Source: Eledone cirrhosa
Taxonomy: Eukaryota
Reading direction: 5' to 3'
NCBI GenBank assembly: GCA_964016885.1
Contig: OZ024742.1
Coordinates: 73,594,001 to 73,658,000, forward strand
DNA length: 64,000 bases
Shown piece by piece: positions 54,232 through 64,000 of the stretch. Position 1 is the stretch's first letter; every line of letters begins with the position of its first letter. The notes beneath the pieces were generated by a model. That model ran no database searches, was not told the DNA's origin, and saw only the letters and a program-made list of their open reading frames with translations. The translations under genes and the position numbers were made by a program.

Positions 54232-56025
54232 GAGCTAGATTCTTCCTTACATCACAATCTACTGACCATCAGTAATAATAAGTGGTTCAGCTAGATTCTT
54301 CCCTACATCACAATCTACTGACCATCGGTAATAACATGTGGTTGGTCTAGATTCCTTACATCACAATCTACTGACCATCGGTAATAATAAGTGGTTCAGC
54401 TAGATTCTTCCCTACACCACAATCTACTGACCATCAGTAATAATAAGTGGTTCAGCTAGATTCTTCCCTACACCACAATCTACTGACCATCAGTAATAAT
54501 AAGTGGTTTAGCTAGATTCTTCCCTACACCACAATCTACTGACCATCAGTAATAATAAGTGGTTCAGCTAGATTCTTCCCTACACCACAATCTACTGACC
54601 ATCAGTAATAATAAGTGGTTTAGCTAGATTCTTCCCTACACCACAATCTACTGACCATCGGTAATAACATGTGGTTGGTCTAGATTCTTCCCTACACCAC
54701 AATCTACTGACCATCGGTAATAACATGTGGTTCAGCTAGATTCTTCCCTACACCACAATCTACTGACCATCGGTAATAACATGTGGTTGGTCTAGATTCT
54801 TCCCTACACCACAATCTACTGACCATCGGTAATAACATGTGGTTGGTCTAGATTCTTCCCTACGCCACAATCTACTGACCATCGGTAATAACATGTGGTT
54901 CAGCTAGATTCTTCCCTACACCACAATCTACTGACCATCGGTAATAACATGTGGTTGGTCTAGATTCTTCCCTACACCACAATCTACTGACCATCGGTAA
55001 TAACATGTGGTTGGTCTAGATTCTTCCCTACACCACAATCTACTGACCATCGGTAATAACATGTGGTTCAGCTAGATTCTTCCCTACACCACAATCTACT
55101 GACCATCGGTAATAACATGTGGTTGGTCTAGATTCTTCCCTACACCACAATCTACTGACCATCGGTAATAACATGTGGTTCAGCTAGATTCTTCCCTACA
55201 CCACAATCTACTGACCATCGGTAATAACATGTGGTTGGTCTAGATTCTTCCCTACACCACAATCTACTGACCATCGGTAATAACATGTGGTTGGTCTAGA
55301 TTCTTCCCTACGCCACAATCTACTGACCATCGGTAATAACATGTGGTTCAGCTAGATTCTTCCCTACACCACAATCTACTGACCATCGGTAATAACATGT
55401 GGTTGGTCTAGATTCTTCCCTACACCACAATCTACTGACCATCGGTAATAACATGTGGTTCAGCTAGATTCTTCCCTACGCCACAATCTACTGACCATCG
55501 GTAATAACATGTGGTTCAGCTAGATTCTTCCCTACGCCACAATCTACTGACCATCGGTAATAACATGTGGTTGGTCTAGTTTCCTTACACCACAATCTAC
55601 TGACCATCGGTAATAACATGTGGTTGGTCTAGTTTCCTTACACCACAATCTACTGACGATCGGTAATAACATGTGGTTGGTCTAGTTTCCTTACACCACA
55701 ATCTACTGACCATCGGTAATAACATGTGGTTGGTCTAGATTCTTCCCTACACCACAATCTACTGACCATCGGTAATAACATGTGGTTGGTCTAGATTCTT
55801 CCCTACGCCACAATCTACTGACCATCGGTAATAACATGTGGTTCAGCTAGATTCTTCCCTACGCCACAATCTACTGACCATCGGTAATAACATGTGGTTG
55901 GTCTAGTTTCCTTACACCACAATCTACTGACCATCGGTAATAACATGTGGTTGGTCTAGTTTCCTTACACCACAATCTACTGACCATCGGTAATAACATG
56001 TGGTTGGTCTAGATTCTTCCCTACA
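54232..56025. repeat. 56-bp minisatellite, about 32 units (ctagattcttccctacaccacaatctactgaccatcggtaataacatgtggtt[ggt/cag]) with 52-bp variants
   Basis: Direct reading. No unique spacers. Confidence 0.95.
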
Positions 56026-57675
56026 CAACATTCAAATTGAGCAAAATTTCATTATCAAACTATTTTTTATTTAAGTTCATTTGGAGAGATTAAAAAAAAA
56101 ATGCTTCTGTAGTAGTTTTATAATTACATGCAGGGTTTACACAGTGATAGTTTCTTTTTTTATTTTTCGTTTTCATAAAAAAAAAAATCATTTAATGTTC
56201 TTTCTTGTAAAAAAAGAAACAAATAAAAAAAAAAAACCAATGATTCTCTGTCCACCCCCCATCACCCAGTATTTTCTATCTCCCTCATATATCTGCAAAT
56301 ACTAAACATCCTCCTCTTCCTACATGTAGTGATAGCTTTTAAAAAATGGTTAATGAATTGGAATATATTTATAGTTTGCAGGAAGTTGGTGTACAGACTC
56401 ATGCACACACACACGCACACGCACACACACACACAGCACCAAAGGAAACCCTTTTTTGGGGGATAGTAGCAGGATTAGGATGGAGGTGTTTGTTTTACCG
56501 TTAACTCTTAACCTCCTCTACTGTGTGAAACTGCATTAACAAAACATTCTTGAAAAGTACTAAACAACAGTATTAAAAAATAAAGTCTTTATTTTTAATT
56601 GACTGCAAATTTTCACAAAGATTTGTCCACTAGTAAAGATAATACAAACATTTGAATTAACAAACCCATTTTTAGCTATTTTCCCTTAAATCATTACATG
56701 TCATTAAGAATTGCTGTTTATATTCATATATAAGCCAAGAAATATGTGTGGAAAAAAAATAGATGGTAACATTTTTTTTGTGGTGTCAGCCTATATTCGA
56801 GGTCAATATATTGCCTATTTTTGACAACTTCAAAATTGTACATATAAGGGGTGAATATTATACTAGTTTCATTTTGATGTGAAATTCATATTTCCTATTG
56901 TTTTTGATAGGTTTTAAATAAATATGGCCTTTAGTATGGTTTATGAAATGGAGTTCTGAAACAAAAACTATACTCTAAATGACACTTAAAACATTTTAGA
57001 TATCAAAATATTAAAATTTCATGAATACATTCTCCACTCTCGAGAATTTCAAAACTGCACCATCTCAGCATAATGTGTTGATTAGCTGCCCCAGCTTATA
57101 AATAGGAATTTTTGCCCATTTCTCAGGCATAAATGGGAGGTGGATGCTTATATTTGAATATATACGGTAATATCTGCAGTTTCTTGTAGCTACAGAAACG
57201 CTTCTGTTACTTTAGGGAATAGGCACACATACTATTTCCAGGAGCCCCCACCCCAATCCCAACTTGACCACTAGACTATGCCATTCTGTAATCTCTGCCT
57301 GATTAACTTGTTACTTGCTTTCTGGCAAAGCTACAAATTGTTTTTGGTTCTAAATTTTAAAAATTTCATCTCCTCCATGTTTATGACAACATTCTGAAAT
57401 AATAAATTATTTTCCTAGATTCCTAGAGCCTCTACCTCTTGTTCTCCTTCAAAATGAAGAATTATATAACTTTGATTCAGTGTAGTTTGTTCAAATTAAA
57501 TTGTTGGTCAGTGACGTAATAATAGAGATTACTTGTTCCTTGATCCTATTTTGTCCTGTCCACCATGTATTGATTATCAGATTTCATTGTTCTTATTCAT
57601 ATTTCACTATGTTACTATTTTTTAATATAGAAGTTGTTATTGATGTTATTGTTATTATTATTATTATTGTTGTTA

Positions 57676-58490
57676 GTGGCAGTATCGGTAGAGCGCCTGA
57701 CACCATGCTCCATGGCATAGAGTTATGGCCCTTTACGTTATGAGTTCAAATCCCTCCATCTTTACGGGTTCCATAAAATAATGTACCATGCATTTGGGGT
57801 CAATTTATCGACTTTCTGTTCTCCCAAAATTGCTAACCTTGTGCCTAAATCAAAAACCATTGGTGGATTGGCAGTATCGGTAGAGCATCAGACAATATGC
57901 TTTTCAGCATAGAGTTACGGCCCTTTACAGTCTGAGTTCAAATCCCACTGAGGTTAGCTTTGCCTTACGAGGTCGATAAAATAAAGTACCAGTAATGGGG
58001 GTTGATTTAATCGACCCAGTTATTGGCCTTGTGCCTATAGTAGAAATCATCATTATTATCATTATGGGCATTATGGCCCTTTATGTTCTGAGTTCAGATC
58101 CTGCTGAGGTTAGCTTTGCCTTTCATCCTTCTAGGGGTTTGATAAAATAAAGTACCTGTAACGTTACACTGAGGTCGATATAATTGATTTTCCCTTCCTC
58201 AAAATTGCTGCCCTTGTGCCTAAATTAGAAATCACTATTATGACAAACGACCACCTCCTTTGCAGAGACGACAAAAAGATTTTAGAAAAAAATATGATAG
58301 TAAATTTACCATAAAATAGTTGTATAGTGGACCAAAAGTTTGATTGTCTTGTATATTCTGAGTTCAAATTCCACTTGGGTCAACTTTGTCTTTTGGTCTT
58401 TTGGAAAGGGTAACATAGGTACCAGTAATATCCTGAAATTGATACATTTAACTGTACTCTTCTATCGTTCAAAATTGGTTTTGAGTCAAA
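57676..58490 (+). mobile_element. Cluster of about four diverged family A-like SINEs in tandem
   Basis: Repeated gagttcaaat...taaaataa.gtacc...ttgtgccta units at about 57680, 57865, 58075 and 58355. Confidence 0.78.
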
Positions 58491-58511
58491 AGAACACTAT
58501 TATTATTATTA

Positions 58512-58557
<46 letters not shown>

Positions 58558-58886
58558 TGTTGTTGTTGTTATTATCATTATTATTATTATGTTTATTATT
58601 ATAGATTTCAAATTTTGCCATTTTTTTTAAATTTTTTTTTTGCGTTTTTATCTTTTAATGTTATTCCTTTCTTTTTGTTGATGTTGTTTGTTCTGTCTAT
58701 CTAAATGGTGGTGTTTAGTTTAAAACTGTTGAGCAAGCTGCTACTATGGGCACACACAAACATTCCATTCAGTGTCTGTAGCTAGTTTTAACTATGGCAA
58801 AACATCTTAAGACATGTGAATATAAATCATTGTTTTAACTGTAAATATTTTAGATATAATGTTAACTAAACATCCATAAATTCCTT

Positions 58887-58919
<33 letters not shown>

Positions 58920-59287
58920 CTAATTTAACAAAACATTCTAAATGTTTATACTACTACTACTAATAATAATAATGGTAGTTGTAATAATAACAACAACACT
59001 AATGATAATAACAACAATAATATTAATGATGATGATAATAATAATAGTAATAATAATGACACTGATGTCTTTAAGTTAGTTTGTTGAGGTTTAAAATTTT
59101 AATTAACAATGGTGATTTTGCAGTCGCTGTTATTGTTGCTGTTGTTGTACGGTGTCAGAAATAAATGATAGTTTAGTTTTAAAGACAGTAATTCTCTACT
59201 AGTGTAGTTGCTGCTTTTATCATTGGTTTTGTATCATTGTGGCATCACCATCTTCATCACAATCAAATGCTTCCTCCCCTTCCACAG

Positions 59288-59350
59288 CCGCCAGCATCAC
59301 AGCCGTCCCCCCACCCGCAGCCTCACACTCCCATGATGGGACAGAACCAA
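59288..59350 (+). CDS. Ssdp: 63-nt coding exon PPASQPSPHPQPHTPMMGQNQ of an Ssdp/SSBP2-3-4 family gene
   Basis: Acceptor cttcctccccttccacag and donor CAA|gtgagt, 21 codons, phase 0-0. Matches the next SSBP3 segment GPPGSQPSPHAQPPPHNPSSMMGPHSQ. The ORF track reads this region in other frames. Confidence 0.9.
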
Positions 59351-61312
59351 GTGAGTATCCACCAACTCCTCCTCCTACTCCTACACCTCCTCCTCCTAAT
59401 GTCATAGTCTCTGTTTCTCTGTGTGTGAATGTGCGTATGTGTGTCTGTATATGTGTGTGCGTGTGTTTTAGGCCAACAGCTTGCAGTACACGCATGTCAG
59501 TGTGAACATTTTCCTACACACAAATATGTGTGTATGTACACACACGCACATATTACATATTTCAACCCACCATTCTTAATCCTGTACTGATCATAACAGC
59601 TTACAAGATTTTTTTTTTAGCTTTGCTATCTTTTGCAACTTAACTAGCAACAGGCACCTTCTTGTGATATAGGAATTGTTTTTCACTGCACTACTATATA
59701 CTGTAGCTTTTAAGCTCACAGTTGTCTACATGGCATAGTTTCTTTTGGTGTTTTAACCCTTAATTTTGGTTTCCAATGAGAACCAATATTATGTAACAGT
59801 GGTTCAACTATGCAAAGAAGCAGTTAACTTCCTGCGGTATTAAATACCTGCATACTGTAAATTTAAGTATTTATTTACCTTTACTCTTTTACTGTCATTC
59901 GACAGCAGCCATATGTAGGGACACTGCCTTCATATTGATCCTTGTATGCATATCAGTTTGATAGTTATTTAATTGGTCTTTATTTGTTAAATATCTAAGT
60001 TAAGGAATATAAAGAGGCACTGGTTTCTAGAGTCTAAATATAAATTGGCTTGTGTGTCGGCGTGTGTACTCACGTATACATACTTAAATACACACACATG
60101 TATACACATATATTCAACATTCTATATACGCTTTTAGTGCTGGTGTGAGTCAGTTCATATATAGAGTTCCTGCTTACCAAGACGAACAAAAAGATGGCAT
60201 TTAGCTTATATTTTGGCATGGCTTGTTTATCTGGATACCTTATCTAATGCCAACCACTTTACTGGGTCCACTAGTTGCATTGTATTGTGGCAGCAGCACT
60301 ACATGCATCTGTATATCATTGCTGGCATGGGTTGGACAAGATATTTTGAGGTAATCTTTCTACAGATGATCTTCCAAACACCAACACATACTTTATTTTC
60401 AAGTCTGCTTTATACTGGCTATATTTTTTGGAACCAGTGAGCTGCAGGACATAAATGTCACTGCTTGCTTTAAATACTACAGCCTCTATATGAAGATCCA
60501 AGAAGAGAGAGAGAGAGGCATGCAAACATACACATAGACACACACAACAAGCTTCTCCACACTTTCCATCTATGAAGTTCACTCACAAGGCATTGATCAG
60601 TGCAATGTTCCATGTGACCAAGTTTTTTGTGCAGTGGGATCAAGTCTAAAACCATGCAGTTGCAAAGTGAATTATATATAATATATATTTGTATACATAG
60701 TGTAAGCACACATATATACATATGTATATGCATACAAATATATATATATATATATATACACACATACATACACACAAACACGTGTATGTATGTGTTGGCA
60801 TATATGGGTGTGTATGTGGGTGCAAATGTTTGCTGTACACTAAATTTCTGTTGCAGTCTGTTGTAACTTTAACACTTTAGTTTCTGTATGCAATCTGCTG
60901 CTTTCTTTGTTTGTTTCTGCCATGTCTGTCTTATTTCTTCTGTCTTTTTAATTTTCCTTTAATTTATCAGTTGTTGTTGTTGTTGTTGTTGTTGTTGGTG
61001 TTATTACTACTACTACTACTATAATTTGTTTCTGTAGTTGCTCTATCTGGCTGCTTGTAGTTAGTTCTGCTTTTGCAATCATGTCGCTCACCAGTAGACT
61101 GTCTTCTCATCTCTAATAATACACCATCTCAATCTAGGCTAACAATCCAGTATTAGCTATCTGCTTATTATTTCTTCTTCTAACTCTTCAAGTCTTCATG
61201 TTCTTTCACTCATCCTTCACCTTTACCACACACACAAACACACACACATTATGTATATATATAATCTGCCCTTAATTAAATTCATTCTAATTAGTTATCA
61301 TTATTATCATGA

Positions 61313-61708
61313 TTGGCGGTGGATTGGCAGTATCGGTAGAGGGTTGGACGCCATGCTTTGACACATAGAGTTACGGCCCTTGCCATTCTGAGTTCAAATC
61401 CTGCCGAGGTTAACTTTGCCTTTCATCCTTACGGGGTCAATAGAATAAAGTACCAGTAATGCATTGGGTAATTGCTGGCCTTGTGCCAAAAGTAGAAACA
61501 ATTATCATGATTGGCGGTGGATTGGCAGTATTGGTAGAGGGTCGGACGCCATGCTTTGCAGCACAGTTACGTCCCTTTACGGACTGAGTTCAAATCCCGC
61601 CGAGGTTAACTTTGCCTTTCATCCTTACGGGGTCGATAAAATAAAGTACCAGTAATTCACTGAGATAATTGCTGCCCTTGTGCCAAAAGTAGAAACAATT
61701 ATTATCAT
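61313..61708 (+). mobile_element. Two full-length head-to-tail family A SINEs
   Basis: Copies at about 61313-61505 and 61512-61705, each preceded by attatcatgattggcggtgg. Confidence 0.88.
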
Positions 61709-64000
61709 CATGATATGTTAAATAATTTGTTCTTTCATTTGTTTGTATGGTCAAACTGTTCCATGGTTTCATAGAGAATCTAACTCCCCTCTCCTGGTTT
61801 GTTAAACACATTCAAATCTGATTTGTTAAGCACATTTTAAATTACCAACTAGAATTCCTTTACTTAGTAGTCCACAGTCATATAATCAAAACATGGACAC
61901 ACATGTTCTTGGAGGGGGAATTCCTAGAGTCTTTTCTGTATATTTGTGATTTATATCTATGTATAGGTCGACCCACAATAAATGCATACTGCTTGGTTTA
62001 ATATATTAAGCTATTTCACACACACACACACCAGACATCATATTGTGTTCTTGAACAAGACACTTCATTTGCTTTTCATTTTAAAACAATCCAGAAAAGC
62101 ATCCTATGAGATGCAGCCTCACCTGCATAAAGATGTAAAAGGATAATGATGATTGATGTGTGTGTATATACATACACATATATATATATGATCTAACATA
62201 TACATGTGCGTGTGTGAAGGAGAGAGAGAGAGATGTAGTTTGCAAGAGAGAACACCATGTTGGTTTGAACATGATACATGTGGATGATGACAGTAGGGTA
62301 GAAATGTGCTAAGAGATCCACAAAGAAGGCAGCTACAGAAGAGGGAAATAAAGTCTTGGCAGATGTCGCAAAAGCTAATTTCAGTAGGCTGTACCTCACA
62401 CAAGTGCTGAGACTCTATTGTAAAGGATTCATACAATTCTTGCAAGAATAGAAAAACAGATGTAAAAATGTTGTGTGTATGTGCATGTGTGTGCAGATGC
62501 ATGTGTGTATGTACGTATAGATATATTTATATGTATGTTTGTCTCTCTCTATATATATGTATATAAATGACCAATGTGAGTTATAAATTTGATTGTGAAA
62601 GTGAAAGGTCTACACTTCATAACTCCAGCTATCTCAGTGGTCTTAAATGTGCAACACTCTTGTATGCTAACCTGGCACTTTCATCAAGGGGGAATTGCAA
62701 CAAACTATGCAACAGAACACAACACTGATAGGGAAACATTAGTGAATAACATCTCCACTTTGTAGAATTCTCCGTAAAAATAAAGTATGGAACCATTACT
62801 CATAATATAGCACAGGCATACAGCACAAATAAATGTATGTATATGTTTGTGTGTGCATGTTTATTTATATAATCACTGTGTCATCATCATCATCATCATC
62901 ATCATTTTATGTCCGCTTTCCATGTTGGCACAGGCTGGACATACACACATATGCAATCGTGTTTGTATGTAAAATGTTTAGAATGTGAGGAAAAAATCAA
63001 TACAAATTTAGAGTTAAATATCTATAAAGAAATACAAAATATTGATTATACATTAGTTACTCCAAGTTTCATGGTTTAACGTTTGGTCAATTATATATTG
63101 ATTGGGTCTACCTCATTTAATCATGCTGGATTTTACATGTTTGCACATTGAAAAAATGTGGAAAATAGCTTCCTCTAAGGTATTATGGGAAATTATTTAT
63201 GATAGATGTAAATCTTAGACAAAAAAAAAAAAAATTAATAATAATCTATCTCCCTTTGAATGTCAGAGTGGGTTAAGAATAAAAAGTGATGGAATGAAAT
63301 AGAGTATAATGGTTGTAAAAACAAAAATTAGAGAAAGGAAGTTAGATAAAAAGTAATATAAATTTTAATTTATGGGTGTTAAAGGTGAAATACAATCACT
63401 TGATAAAAGTTAATGTTGTAGCACACACACGTGTGTGTGTGTGCATATATATGCACATGTTAATTAATAAATAGATGCAGATAGGGTAAAGAACGTGCCA
63501 TACAATATGATCTGGTAGTGTCTGTTAGTACTTTTATCTAGTCTGTGAATGGTGTAAGGTCTAATTACATAACTAGTAATTGTAAACATATCTAGAATAT
63601 TAAAGAAAATTCGAGACCTAGCATTTAAATACTTGGTTAGAATTATGTAGGTTTTAAAGGATGTTGTAAGATCTCAATCTTTCAATGTAATAAAAATGAA
63701 ATGATTCTGATTACAACACCAGATGGAAGTTCTCTGAATAATAAAGAAATTACAAGAATGGAAATAATTGATGTGATCTTCGCACAGCTGAAAAAAGGCC
63801 TCATCCATCATATTTCTAACTATTGTTAGATTTGAGGTTTTTCCAAAATTAGACACTTTGGAAAGTATTCATAATGGAATTGGACCTTACAGCAATACTG
63901 TCAGACTAAAGTGACACACTAACACCTCTATCTATCCACAGTATAGCACAGTTTCTTCTTTCTACATCCTAGTAACATGTATACTCAGCAGGTATATATA

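Larger units (their letters stand above)
49667..59287 (+). other. Intron of the Ssdp-like gene (about 9.6 kb, GT-AG)
   Basis: Runs from gtaagt to ccacag between exons that are consecutive in SSBP3. Confidence 0.8.

Noticed and set aside
54232-56025. CRISPR-like appearance of the regular 56-bp array (also the 39-bp and 24-bp arrays)
   Set aside because: Units are contiguous near-identical repeats with no unique spacers, there are no cas genes, and the context is a eukaryotic intron.
59220-59505. Track ORFs of 88 and 91 aa over the Pro-rich region
   Set aside because: Wrong frame or strand. The supported coding unit is the spliced 63-nt exon 59288-59350.

Overview
AT-rich, microsatellite- and repeat-dense eukaryotic DNA. 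The SINE and repeat repertoire suggests an octopus or other coleoid cephalopod (inferred, not verified). The window lies inside one + strand gene with very long introns. Three short phase-0 exons missed by the ORF track (21276-21311, 49586-49666, 59288-59350) splice in frame to GFVNSGVNGIAY-NAPAPSPLGQMPPQDGMPGGPMPGFFT-PPASQPSPHPQPHTPMMGQNQ. This matches the region just after the LUFS domain of Ssdp/SSBP2-3-4, the LDB1/Chip partner. The introns contain a Helitron derivative with both ends intact, a Penelope-like element with a GIY-YIG domain and a hammerhead-like 3' motif, and a perfect 166-bp-arm palindrome with a type I hammerhead fold on each strand. They also hold RTE and CR1 LINE remnants (one RTE is 5'-inverted), a mariner derivative, TTAA-type MITEs, at least three SINE families and three minisatellites. 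One minisatellite arose inside a SINE and carries tandem GGTAAGT splice-donor motifs. Nearly all ORF-track calls are spurious or transposon-derived. Repeat boundaries were read by eye and are approximate.
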